59,714 bases of DNA from Desulfobacterales bacterium. GTDB lineage: Bacteria; Desulfobacterota; Desulfobacteria; Desulfobacterales; ETH-SRB1. The stretch covers positions 1-59,714 of the forward strand of contig JAUWQO010000005.1 in the NCBI GenBank assembly GCA_030610995.1, written 5' to 3'. The notes under the pieces were generated by a model that saw nothing but the letters and a program-made list of their open reading frames with translations, ran no database searches and was not told where the DNA came from. The position numbers and the translations under genes are program-made. Positions 47,218 to 56,944 of this stretch are shown piece by piece (within the stretch, counting starts at the first letter, position 1; each line of letters starts with the position of its first letter).

Positions 47218-49791
47218 ACTACAACAATAGATGCGCATAAGCCACAGAAAATCGAGAAAAGTTCAAATAAAGTTGATAACGCAGCAGCTCCTGTGGATAA
47301 ACTTGTAAATACACCTGTAGATACAATAGATAGAAAAACAGTGTCAATGGTTGAGACGCCTCTTTCATATACCAAAAGGCTATCTATTCCGGATGGAAAA
47401 AAAGTCTATATCACAGAAGATAAAACCGGCCTTTCACAGGCAATTGCTGATGAACTGACATCATTTAATATAGATGCCGGCGTTGTTTCACTTAATACAC
47501 TAAAAAATAAAAAAAATCTGCCTTCTGCAGGAGGTCTTGTAATACTGCCAGAAAATAATCTAACAATTGCTTATCCGGCGAAAAAGATAAATGAAAGCTC
47601 ACAGGACGAGGCTTTCTTAAAAGATGCCTTTGCGGTTACAAGTCTGATTTCCCGGCAACTGATAGATTCGGCTGCACAAGGCGGAGCTGTGTTTGCGACA
47701 ATAACCAGTCTTGACGGAGCATTCGGCTTTAAGGGCAATGGAATGGCCAATCCTGTTATGGGAGGCCTCGCAGGTCTTGCAAAAACCGCTTCAATTGAAT
47801 GGGACCGCGTTAGATGCCATGCCATAGACATAGAGCCGGATTGGAAAGACAAAAAGGCAATTGCAAAAAACATTGCTGCTGAACTTTTAAATCCTGATCC
47901 ATCGGGTCCTGTTGAAACAGGCCTGAACCCTGACATGCGGCTTACATTGGAGCTTGTGTCTTCTCCTTATCCTCAAGACGCTATAGATATAGATCTTAAT
48001 CAGGATGACGTAGTTGTCATAACAGGAGGCGCCAGAGGCGTGACAGCAGCAGCGGCATACGCCCTTGCGAAACATGCAAAGCCTACGCTTGTTCTTCTTG
48101 GTCGCTCTCCACATCCCTCGCCGGAACCTGAATGGCTTGCTTCTGCCCATGATGAAGCGGCAATAAAAAAAGCCGTCCTCGAAAATGAATTAAGCAAAAA
48201 AGATGCCTCACCGGCCTTGTTGGAACAAATATTTAAAAAGCACATGGCAAATCGCGAAATTTCAGAAAGTATGCAAAAACTTAGAGAAACCGGCGCCACA
48301 GCGCTCTATTATTCGGTGGATGTCCGCGATTTTCACGCTGTCAATTCCGTTCTTGATGATGTTCGCTCGGCCCATGGACCGATAAAAGGGATTATACATG
48401 GAGCCGGAATTTTGGAAGACCGCCTTATAACAGACAAAACTATTGAGCAGTTTGAAAGGGTTTTCGACACAAAGGTTAATGGGCTCAAAGCGGTTCTTGA
48501 AGCTACTAAACAGGATCATCTTAAATATATTGTGCTTTTTTCATCAATAACCGCCCGCATTGGGAATAAAGGCCAGGCCGATTATGCCATGGCCAACGAA
48601 GTTTTAAACAAGACAGCGCAACAGGAGTCTATAAACCGGCCTGAATGCAAAGTCATATCCATCAACTGGGGACCATGGGATGGCGGCATGGTGTCGCCTG
48701 CCCTGAAACGGGAATTTGCGCGAAACAACATAAAGCTGATTCCAATCGATTCAGGACCTGTGTGTATGCTCCGCGAAATGATGGGGGATCAAGACTCTCC
48801 TGTGGAGGTTGTTGTAGGCGCAGAAATTCCTACTCAAAAAGACAAAGATGTTGCGAAAACGGCAAGTTTTGCCCTGAAACAGGTCTCATCGTTAAAGAAA
48901 AAAGATAAGCTTTCTTTAACAATCAAACGTGAAGTAGATGTTGATAGATATCCTGTCCTTGAATCACATATCCTTGGGGGAAAACCTGTAGTTCCTTTTG
49001 CGCTTGTAGCTGAATGGTTAGGGCATGGAGCGCTTCACGGGAATCCGGGTCTTTTCTTCCACGGTCTTGATGATATGCAGGCTTTAAAAGGCATCAGACT
49101 TGACCAGCAAAAAAAGATTATCAGGCTCATGGCAGGCAGACCTGTAAAGAAAGGCCATTTTTTTGAAGTCGATGTTGAAGTCAGGGATGGCGTAAAGGAT
49201 GGAATGGATATTGTTCACTACAGGGCAAAAGCTCTTTTGACAGATAGTTTTTCGCATCCGCCGCGTTTTGACAGGCTGAAAAAGATCGATTCAAGACCTT
49301 ACCCGATGAGTATAGAGGAGATATATGATAAAATCCTTTTTCAGGGCATTGAACTTCAGGGAATAAAGGAAATTACAGGGTATTCGTCAAACAGGATGGT
49401 AGCGCGGATTTCTGCCGCCCCTCTGCCGGCAAAGTGGATGGTCGAACCGTTAAGAAGCAGATGGATAGGGGATCCTCTTGTCCTCGACTCAGCGTTTCAA
49501 ATGGCAATATTATACTGCTTTAATGAGACAGGTCTTGTTTCGCTTCCGAACTATACATCTTCTTACCGTCAGTATCAAAAGGCTTTCCCGCTTGATGAAG
49601 TAACGGCAGTGCTTGAGGTAAAGAAGATGACAGACCATAAAATAACATGTGATTTTACATTCCTTGATAAGGATAATACAGTTGTGGCCCAATTAAGCGG
49701 CTATGAAGCTGTAATGGATACTTCGCTTCTCAAGGCATTTAAGCCTGATTCGGATCGTTCAATCGCCGCCTTTGCAAGACGTAGCGCATGA
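47008..49791 (+). CDS. pfaA: PfaA-like synthase, C-terminal part (ACP-KR-DH)
   Basis: ACP LGIDS; KR ITGGARGV and YAMAN; DH HILGGKPVVP and DSAFQ. Confidence 0.9.
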   Translation: MLEVVSSLTGYPVEMLNLDMDIEADLGIDSIKRVEILSTIEEKMPDLPSVSPEIMGRLKTLGQITEYLCKTTTIDAHKPQKIEKSSNKVDNAAAPVDKLVNTPVDTIDRKTVSMVETPLSYTKRLSIPDGKKVYITEDKTGLSQAIADELTSFNIDAGVVSLNTLKNKKNLPSAGGLVILPENNLTIAYPAKKINESSQDEAFLKDAFAVTSLISRQLIDSAAQGGAVFATITSLDGAFGFKGNGMANPVMGGLAGLAKTASIEWDRVRCHAIDIEPDWKDKKAIAKNIAAELLNPDPSGPVETGLNPDMRLTLELVSSPYPQDAIDIDLNQDDVVVITGGARGVTAAAAYALAKHAKPTLVLLGRSPHPSPEPEWLASAHDEAAIKKAVLENELSKKDASPALLEQIFKKHMANREISESMQKLRETGATALYYSVDVRDFHAVNSVLDDVRSAHGPIKGIIHGAGILEDRLITDKTIEQFERVFDTKVNGLKAVLEATKQDHLKYIVLFSSITARIGNKGQADYAMANEVLNKTAQQESINRPECKVISINWGPWDGGMVSPALKREFARNNIKLIPIDSGPVCMLREMMGDQDSPVEVVVGAEIPTQKDKDVAKTASFALKQVSSLKKKDKLSLTIKREVDVDRYPVLESHILGGKPVVPFALVAEWLGHGALHGNPGLFFHGLDDMQALKGIRLDQQKKIIRLMAGRPVKKGHFFEVDVEVRDGVKDGMDIVHYRAKALLTDSFSHPPRFDRLKKIDSRPYPMSIEEIYDKILFQGIELQGIKEITGYSSNRMVARISAAPLPAKWMVEPLRSRWIGDPLVLDSAFQMAILYCFNETGLVSLPNYTSSYRQYQKAFPLDEVTAVLEVKKMTDHKITCDFTFLDKDNTVVAQLSGYEAVMDTSLLKAFKPDSDRSIAAFARRSA

Positions 49792-50394
49792 AAGCACTCT
49801 GCGCTTTACACGTAATAGCCCGGGGCTGTTGTGCATGTACATAAGGGATGAAGAATATCCTGCATCCATAAAATATTTTTCAAGAACATCAAAAAGAACC
49901 GGGCGATCCGGCCAGGTGAACATTTTTTTACGCTTATTAAGTTCATCCCATTTATCCCGGGCCAAAGGATTCTCTATAAAAACCTTTTTCTTCGCAGGGT
50001 CACACAGAAACATCTCGCAAACAATCGGTTTAAGCCGCCACAGACACCCTTTTTCGCCTAAATATATACACTTGAATCCGTTGTTCGGTTTTTTAAGAAC
50101 CGAAAGCAAAAGATCTATCTCCCTGTCTTGCGAGATCAAAGCATTGATAACCACGTCTGCAAAAAATGTAATGATTCCCTCACGTGAACAACAGGCGCTA
50201 AGCCGGCTGTTGTAACACTTTTGCGTACATACCCCGCTAAAATGGGTTGAGAGAAAGGAGCCTATCTCCTTGCGAAAGCTCAGATAGCCAGCAACATCGG
50301 ATTCGAGCTTTTGTCTTTCCGTTGAAGAAATGGTTGCAAGGCAGCGCCGAACCATATAAAGCGCATCTGACTGCTCTTTCTGATAAGAGTTCAT
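49759..50394 (-). CDS. Cys-rich hypothetical protein (YkgJ/CxxCxxCC-like metal-binding)
   Basis: CTQKC...ACC...CIYLGEKGC...KPIVCEMFLC. Confidence 0.7.
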   Translation of the reverse strand: MNSYQKEQSDALYMVRRCLATISSTERQKLESDVAGYLSFRKEIGSFLSTHFSGVCTQKCYNSRLSACCSREGIITFFADVVINALISQDREIDLLLSVLKKPNNGFKCIYLGEKGCLWRLKPIVCEMFLCDPAKKKVFIENPLARDKWDELNKRKKMFTWPDRPVLFDVLEKYFMDAGYSSSLMYMHNSPGLLRVKRRVLSCATSCKGGD

Positions 50395-50399
50395 AATAC

Positions 50400-50544
50400 T
50401 GACAAGCTCGTAAAAAGTCGATTTTTCGTTTGTTTGTCATTCCCGCGAAGGCGGGAATCCAGTAATTACAGGCTGTTGCCCCGCCGTGGCGGGGCTTCGC
50501 TTTGCTCGCAATGACGTGTTTTTTGACTTTTTACGCCGCCATCA
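50400..50544. mobile_element. MITE/REP-like element with an internal ATTCCC-N8-GGGAAT palindrome
   Basis: Ends TGACAAGCTCGTAAAAAGTC / GACTTTTTACGCCGCCATCA; internal gtcattcccgcgaaggcgggaatccag and ccccgccgtggcgggg. Confidence 0.75.
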
Positions 50545-50556
50545 ATACTGACAATA

Positions 50557-50808
50557 TCATAATTTATGCCCGCAACAACTACCGGGCCCAGCGCAACCGG
50601 CATGCTCAGGGCTTGAGCCGCAGCAGGTGGTATCGCCATGTCCCGGCATCCTGGTTTGGGAAACCCCGGACATGGCTGAGTGCGCGGAAAGCAATTTGGT
50701 AAGGTTGCGGCTGCCGCACGACTGACACTGCGGCTGATCATCCGAACCCGCAATAAGAATTTCGCTTTGTTTTCCACAATCCAAACATAAATAATCAAAA
50801 AGTGGCAT
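50557..50808 (-). CDS. FmdB-family zinc ribbon protein
   Basis: MPLFDYLCLDCG...CQSCGS; GGAGG RBS. Confidence 0.9.
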   Translation of the reverse strand: MPLFDYLCLDCGKQSEILIAGSDDQPQCQSCGSRNLTKLLSAHSAMSGVSQTRMPGHGDTTCCGSSPEHAGCAGPGSCCGHKL

Positions 50809-50872
50809 AGATATCCTCCTTTACTATTGACCTCGTCAAGTGGTCGAGTAGTTGTGAACAATTAACCCTTTA

Positions 50873-51127
50873 TTATTTCAAACTTTCTCCTTTCAACAAC
50901 GTGTCAAATTCAATCCCCGGCCCGATGCATCGCCATCCTTCTTTCTTCAACTGGGTTCCGGTTGCCTTAAAGTCAACACCTTCCAGCTCTTCCAAAACAC
51001 GAATCCGATCTGGTTCATCAACACGGAAGGAAACCGCCTTGCCTGCCTTTGTGAGCAGGATGTAGCGCCCGCTTGTATGCTGAAACACGCGCTGATTTTT
51101 TAACTTGTCCTTATTCTCTTTGGTCAT
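50873..51127 (-). CDS. Hypothetical protein
   Basis: 84 aa ORF with a purine-rich RBS. Confidence 0.65.
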   Translation of the reverse strand: MTKENKDKLKNQRVFQHTSGRYILLTKAGKAVSFRVDEPDRIRVLEELEGVDFKATGTQLKKEGWRCIGPGIEFDTLLKGESLK

Positions 51128-51166
51128 CTATCTCTTCCCACCAGGGTTCCATCCGAGGGATTCCTT

Positions 51167-51511
51167 TCAAATAGTTTGACCTTTATCCGCCATTTTTTCA
51201 TAAAAAGGCACTCCGACCCTATCAATATGATTTTTCAGTTCGGGATGTTTTATGGTGTGGTAGTTTACCAAATCAATCGTATAGGGCAGGCTGCTGTCTT
51301 CAAAATCGCTTTCCATTTCGCGGATAAACGTATCTTTCACACCTTCGTTCATTATTGCCAGGTCAACATCACTGCCTGGTTTGTAAGTTCCTTTAGCCCG
51401 ACTCCCAAATATAAAAACTTTTTGCACATCAGGATGTTTTTTAAAAATGTCCTGTAATGTTTTAATATCCCTATCGGTAAGTCCAAAAGCATTTTTTTCT
51501 TTTTTATTCAT
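51167..51511 (-). CDS. Minimal nucleotidyltransferase (MNT antitoxin)
   Basis: FGSRAKG...SDVDLAI and IDLV. Start taken at MNKKEK (the ORF track extends to 51544). Confidence 0.9.
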   Translation of the reverse strand: MNKKEKNAFGLTDRDIKTLQDIFKKHPDVQKVFIFGSRAKGTYKPGSDVDLAIMNEGVKDTFIREMESDFEDSSLPYTIDLVNYHTIKHPELKNHIDRVGVPFYEKMADKGQTI

Positions 51512-51524
51512 GGAATAATTGGGC

Positions 51525-51836
51525 CTAACCATTTGCTTTTTCATTTACATTTCTTATATCTAACCCATCAATCAGCTCTTGCGCATAAGTAATATAATTG
51601 CTCTGTTGGGCCATCCGAAATGTGTCTTTGGGTGAAGGTTTAAAAGCAAATCCTTGTTCTTCCAAAAAATCTTTCATTACCTTCCACGAAAGATCAAGAG
51701 TAAACTCAAAACGCTGAAATAATCCATTTCTTTCAAGTTCGGTTAATTCTTCCATTTCTATTGCTTCTTTCAAACGCATATATGCTTTCTCAAAATTCTG
51801 AAATCGCTGTTTCCAGCGTATATCCTTCTCACTCAT
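51525..51836 (-). pseudogene. HEPN toxin (HI0074-type), C-terminally truncated
   Basis: IRWKQRFQNF, QRFEFTLDLSWK and SPKDTFR are present, but the protein ends RNVNEKANG without the RNxxxH histidine or the final helices. Confidence 0.75.
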
Positions 51837-51861
51837 TTTCTCACCTCTATAAACTTGCTCT

Positions 51862-52068
51862 TCAAGCTCTGTTTTCAGCTTCGAAGGTCAAGGGAATTTC
51901 TTTTCCTTGATGTTGATAGGCCAAAATCATTTCGTTGAGAGCATCTCTGAGCATATCTCGGCAATCCTCAATATCCCTGCCCTCAGTAACTATCTCGGGC
52001 CATTCAACTAATTGGCCCATATAACCGGTAGTAATCTTTGTATACTTTGCGGTATATGTTGCAAACAT
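51862..52068 (-). CDS. hicB: HicB-family antitoxin
   Basis: YMGQLVEWPEIVTEGRDIEDCRDMLRDAL; GAGGAG RBS; no hicA adjacent. Confidence 0.85.
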   Translation of the reverse strand: MFATYTAKYTKITTGYMGQLVEWPEIVTEGRDIEDCRDMLRDALNEMILAYQHQGKEIPLTFEAENRA

Positions 52069-52616
52069 GGCTCTCTCCTCAATGGAAATAAATATTGATT
52101 TTAGCCTAATTGTAAAGCTTAGCTTGCTCTAATTCCTGATTCAGACGTTTAAGCAACCTTTCTCGTTGACTATATATTGTTCATCAGCCGAAATACCCAT
52201 CGGACAATTCTCCTTTCAAGATAGACTCAATCGTAAGCATAAAACATAAGGGGACTCCAGTGGGAGGCCCATGATTTTATGACCGCTTTTCGCGCTTTTT
52301 CGGGACCTGAAGCCCGCTCAACTTATAAACTAATGTACGTCCCTGAAGCTTTCCCGCCTGCCATTGCAAGGCACGAGTGGGCAGCGGAGTGAGGCGGGCG
52401 GGCATCTATTCGTGATTTTCTCGGCATGTAACCCAAATAACATATTGCACATCATGAATTAAGTTGAATATAGAATGTCCCGAATACCCGGGATGTTTAA
52501 GTTGCGAAAAAATGTCCGCAGACGTGTGGAAGTCTTCTGATTTGAAATATTCCAACTTCATCTGTTACTTCCAAGATGTTTTAATGACTTGTTTTCATTT
52601 ACTCCCAATCCTCCGG

Positions 52617-52930
52617 TCAACTCACCAAAAACCAGGCAATCAAATCAAAATTGTTCAGTTGATACTTTTCATTGGTTTTAATATTTTGCTTTAGTCTGGT
52701 TAAACTGTCTTTGTCGCCTCTTTTGAGTTTTGCCAGTATATCCCTGGCTTCTTTGCCCATTACTTTTTTTTCGGTTCCATCGCACTGCTTTTCTGTTTCC
52801 ACAGCCGGATCGTTGAGCCATCCCTGCACGGCATTTACCAACTCTTTAATTGCGTCTTCATCCCCTCTGTCAATGGTATCAGGAACGAACCTGTTTTTAT
52901 CCCTTTACATTTCCACATTTAGAATGCATT
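52617..52930 (-). pseudogene. Decayed gene fragment
   Basis: The 74 aa ORF frame continues upstream (DKNRFVPDTIDRGDEDAIKELVNAV) until a stop/frameshift at ~52905. Confidence 0.4.
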
Positions 52931-53000
52931 ACCTCATCGCCCTGGTCAAAAATCGAGTTTATCCTTTTTATGCGTTTTTTTCGATCAGGAAATTGAGCAA

Positions 53001-53381
53001 CTACTTTTTGTCCTTTAGCAGGGTTTCGAGACCAGCGAACGGCCTGTAGGTAGAAGGCGGCTCTTGCTCGCCACCAGGCGTCACTGCATTATGCTGTTCC
53101 GCATCCAGATGCCGCGAGTGCTCATTGTCATGACAGTAGAGGCATAGTAGTTCCCAGTTACTGCCGTCAGGCGGATTGTTTTCGTTGTTGTGATCCCTGT
53201 GATGGATCGTGAGTTCACGAAGTCTTTTGCTTGTGAATTCACGCCCGCACCGCGCACAGACCCACGGGTAAAGCTTGAGCGCTTGCTCCCGATAGGTCTT
53301 CTCCCGAAGCTTCCGGTCGCGCAAGGCCTCAGCAATGAACTGACCCTGCTTGTCATCTTCTGTCTGCGTCTTCATATCCAA
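53001..53381 (-). CDS. yajD: YajD-family HNH nuclease
   Basis: YREQALKLYPWVCARCGREF...HHRDHN...PPDGSNWELLCLYCHDNEH. Confidence 0.9.
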   Translation of the reverse strand: MDMKTQTEDDKQGQFIAEALRDRKLREKTYREQALKLYPWVCARCGREFTSKRLRELTIHHRDHNNENNPPDGSNWELLCLYCHDNEHSRHLDAEQHNAVTPGGEQEPPSTYRPFAGLETLLKDKK

Positions 53382-53718
53382 AGCCGAATTTTTCAGGTAA
53401 AATACTTTCTAATAACTCCTTAACAGTATAAATAAAAAATTTTTTAACATCCTCGGTAGATTCAGCCTCATTGATTTTTTGTCGGAAGCAATGAAGCGCA
53501 CCCGGCGCATCTATTCTTGATTGGCGTGGCATGCAAACCAGATATTATAGTTCAAGCGCCCTGTCAACTTATAAACTAATGTCCCTGAAGCCCACCGTCC
53601 CTGAAGCCCAGAATAGTAGATATGCTGGCAGGAGAGCAGCTTCCAAGGATTTGTTGATAAAAGGGAGAGGAAAGAGCAGGAAATTTTTTATGAATAATCC
53701 AGGCTATGGAAAATTAGC

Positions 53719-54930
53719 TCATTCGTGCCGCAGCGCTTCGATGGGGTCCAGGCGTGCGGCCTTTCGGGCGGGGAAGTAACCGAAAATAATACCGATCGCA
53801 CCGGAAAATGCAACGGCTATAACCATGATGACCGGATCAAATACCAAAGGAACCCCGATCATGGGAGCCGCGATCGCGCAGCTTGCGAGTCCAAGAACAA
53901 TTCCCACGACGCCTCCGAGCGAGGAAAGCACGATCGCCTCTACCAGAAATTGCCTGAGCACATCACGTCCCAGTGCGCCAATAGCGATCCTGATCCCGAT
54001 TTCCCGCGTCCGCTCGGTTACCGAGACCAGCATGATATTCATAATTCCGATCCCGCCGACCACCAGACTCACCGCTGCCACGGCGCCAAGAAGCGCGGTG
54101 AGCACACGGGTTGCGCTTGTAACCGTGGCGACGAGTTCCTTCATATCCCGCACATGAAAATCGTCCTCTTCAGTCGCTGATATATGGCGGCGCTGGCGCA
54201 TCAGCAACTCGATATCCTGCTTGACTTTTCCCGTTATGTCACCGCTTTGCGCCGAGACATAAATGGCGCTGATATCCCGATTTCCGGAAATGCGCCGCTG
54301 AAAGGCGCGCACAGGGACAACAATGAGATCGTCCTGATCCCTGCCGAAGGTCGACTGCCCCTTGGCTTCCAGAATACCGATTACCTGACAGGAAAGTTTT
54401 CCCAGCCGGATCGCAGCCCCCAGGGAATCTTGCGTACCGAAAAGTTCTTTACGCACTGTATTGCCCAGGATGCAGACCGGCTTGCCCGCCCGCAGCTCAC
54501 TATCAATAAATTGTCGCCCGGCTTCTATCGACCACTGCTGCGCCTTGAAGAGGGCATTGTCGCTCCCGGTGACCGACGTGGTCCAGTTTTCGTTCCCGTA
54601 AATGGCGAGAACGGTTTGGGATGTGACCGGTGCCACTGCCGCCACTGCCGAGATTTCCCTGGCGATGGCCTCGACATCCCCAAGATCAAATGGGTCAGCG
54701 GCAGACCGCACCCCGCCATGGCCTCTAAATCTCTGGCCCTGTCTTACGTGAAGTATATTGCTGCCGAGGCTTGCGATGTCCGCCGTGACTTGCGCGGTGG
54801 CCCCACGCCCGAGTGTAACCATGGTGATAACGGCTGCGACCCCGATGACGATACCCAGCATGGTAAGCGCAGAACGCATGGCATTGCGGCGGATCTCACG
54901 AAACGCCAGTAGGATCGCATTCCAGAGCAT
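53719..54930 (-). CDS. MacB-like ABC transporter permease
   Basis: RSALTMLGIVIGV, GGIGIMNIMLVSVTERTREIGIR, PARKAARLDPIEALR. Confidence 0.95.
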   Translation of the reverse strand: MLWNAILLAFREIRRNAMRSALTMLGIVIGVAAVITMVTLGRGATAQVTADIASLGSNILHVRQGQRFRGHGGVRSAADPFDLGDVEAIAREISAVAAVAPVTSQTVLAIYGNENWTTSVTGSDNALFKAQQWSIEAGRQFIDSELRAGKPVCILGNTVRKELFGTQDSLGAAIRLGKLSCQVIGILEAKGQSTFGRDQDDLIVVPVRAFQRRISGNRDISAIYVSAQSGDITGKVKQDIELLMRQRRHISATEEDDFHVRDMKELVATVTSATRVLTALLGAVAAVSLVVGGIGIMNIMLVSVTERTREIGIRIAIGALGRDVLRQFLVEAIVLSSLGGVVGIVLGLASCAIAAPMIGVPLVFDPVIMVIAVAFSGAIGIIFGYFPARKAARLDPIEALRHE

Positions 54931-55667
54931 TACACCTTCCCCCCGTTCCGCGTATCGGACTCGACAACGCCATCAACAAAGCGGACGATGCGATGTGCAT
55001 GGGCCGCCACATCCGCCTCGTGGGTCACCATTACAATGGTGATTCCCTGCTCACGGTTAAACTCAGTAAAGACCTGCATGATTTCGTGGCTGGTTGTAGA
55101 ATCCAGGTTGCCCGTAGGTTCATCAGCCAGCAACACCGAGGGCTCCGTAACGATGGCACGGGCAATGGCGACCCGTTGCTGTTGACCACCGGAAAGCTCA
55201 CCGGGCGTGTGTGTTTCCCATCCCTTAAGGCCCACCTCCTCAAGGGTCTGCAGGGCACGCGCATGCCTTTGGGGAGGTGGCATGCCGCGGTAGATCAAAG
55301 GCAGTTCTACGTTCTCCAGGGCCGATGTACGGTTAAGGAGGTTATAGCCCTGAAAAACAAAACCCAGATAGTGGCGGCGCAATAGCGCGCGTTGATCGCG
55401 GGAAAGTCTGCCAACCTCGACCCCCTTGAAGAAATAAGTCCCGGACGTAGGAGTATCCAGACATCCCAGGATATTCATGCAGGTGGATTTTCCCGATCCG
55501 CTCGATCCCATCACGACAATAAATTCGCCGTCGTCAACCCGAAGATCAATACCACGCAGTGCTCTCACCGCTGCCCGACCTTTGCCATAGACCCTGGTCA
55601 CACTGCTGAGCTCAATTATGGGCTGATCCCGGCTATCTTTTACTTTTCTTGACATGTTCAAGTTCAT
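54930..55667 (-). CDS. ABC transporter ATP-binding protein (MacB/LolD-like)
   Basis: GSSGSGKST, LSGGQQQR, LADEPTGNLD, VTH. Confidence 0.95.
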   Translation of the reverse strand: MNLNMSRKVKDSRDQPIIELSSVTRVYGKGRAAVRALRGIDLRVDDGEFIVVMGSSGSGKSTCMNILGCLDTPTSGTYFFKGVEVGRLSRDQRALLRRHYLGFVFQGYNLLNRTSALENVELPLIYRGMPPPQRHARALQTLEEVGLKGWETHTPGELSGGQQQRVAIARAIVTEPSVLLADEPTGNLDSTTSHEIMQVFTEFNREQGITIVMVTHEADVAAHAHRIVRFVDGVVESDTRNGGKV

Positions 55668-56941
55668 CCACCGGGCCTGATAATGTCGACCAACAGCGGG
55701 AGTCCGGGTTTCACATCGCCGGCTACAACCTCGGTCATGCGTCCATCTGATGACCCAATGGTGACAGGGATGGCAACGGGTTGTTCATCTCGTAACGTCC
55801 ACACGCGACGCTCACTTTTGTCAGTGTCCAAGACTTTGCGCTGTTTTGCCGGCGGACGTCGTCGCCCTGGCAAGATAGCACGGAGCACACGTTTTGAAGC
55901 CTCGGCCTCGGGCGCTGGCGGGGTAAACCGTAGCGCACCGTTCGGGACCAAAATAGCATCTTCTACTGTTTTGGTGATGATTTCCGCCGTGGCGGTCATT
56001 CCCGGCCGCAACAGCAGCTCAGAGTTATCGACAGTCAGTAGCGCCTCGTAGGTCACGACGTCCTGCACCACTTTCGGGGCGTAGTATACTTTAACAATGC
56101 GCGAGGGGAAGCGACGATCCGGATAGGCGTCGACGGTGAAGGTCGCATCCTGTCCAGGTTGGACGTGCCCCACATCGGCCTCGTCGACATCGATATGTAA
56201 TTCCATCTTGCTAAGATCCTCGGCCAGCGTGAAAAGCACCGGGGTCTGGAACGAAGCGGCAAAGGTCTGGCCGGGCTCCACGTGGCGTTGCAGGACAATC
56301 CCGTTGATTGGTGAGCGGATGACGGCTTTCGCCAGATCCGTCCGATCCTGGCGTACGGTAGCATGGGCATGGGACACCTGGGCCTTCGCGCCAGCTTCCC
56401 CGGCTTGCGCTCGCTTAAACGCTGCTTCGGCTGCGTCTATGTCGTGCTGCGAAGGCAGTTTCTTTTTACTCAGCTCCGCGAGCCGCTTCAATCGCTTCAA
56501 CTGATTGCGAGTTTCCAAAACGTTTGCCTCCGCCTCCAGCAACTTGGCCTGTGCGGATTCCAATGCGGCTTGAGACTGTAGAACCCTGGGCTCAAGTCGC
56601 TCGGTGTCCAGTTTCGCCAGCACCTGACCCACCTTCACGCGGTCGTTGTAATCCACCTCGACCGTTTTGATGATGCCGGACAGCTCGCTGCCTACCTCGA
56701 CCTGGTTCGTCGGTTCCAGAGTGCCGGTAGCTGTCACGGTGATAGTGAGATTTCCTCTCTGCACTTCGGCCGTTCTGTACTGTATTGAGTCGCTTTTGTC
56801 AGTGAGGAAGAACATTGCAGCACCGGCTGTCAAAACCGTCACAATTGCTGCAACAGTCCAAAACCTCACTCTCTTATGCCCGGATGTTTGTTGATCAATC
56901 CCTAAGGTCTGGGCAATATCGGCATTTTTTTTCGAACTCAA
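55664..56941 (-). CDS. Efflux periplasmic adaptor (MacA-like)
   Basis: N-terminal TM helix, VEVGSELSG, IRSPINGIV, VDEADVG, LRPGMTA. Confidence 0.93.
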   Translation of the reverse strand: MSSKKNADIAQTLGIDQQTSGHKRVRFWTVAAIVTVLTAGAAMFFLTDKSDSIQYRTAEVQRGNLTITVTATGTLEPTNQVEVGSELSGIIKTVEVDYNDRVKVGQVLAKLDTERLEPRVLQSQAALESAQAKLLEAEANVLETRNQLKRLKRLAELSKKKLPSQHDIDAAEAAFKRAQAGEAGAKAQVSHAHATVRQDRTDLAKAVIRSPINGIVLQRHVEPGQTFAASFQTPVLFTLAEDLSKMELHIDVDEADVGHVQPGQDATFTVDAYPDRRFPSRIVKVYYAPKVVQDVVTYEALLTVDNSELLLRPGMTATAEIITKTVEDAILVPNGALRFTPPAPEAEASKRVLRAILPGRRRPPAKQRKVLDTDKSERRVWTLRDEQPVAIPVTIGSSDGRMTEVVAGDVKPGLPLLVDIIRPGG

Positions 56942-56944
56942 AAC

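Larger units (their letters stand above)
52318..53591. repeat. Direct repeats TCAACTTATAAACTAATGT(ACGT)CCCTGAAGC at 52318-52349 and 53564-53591
   Basis: 19 bp exact match plus a shared CCCTGAAGC, bracketing ~1.2 kb. Confidence 0.75.
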
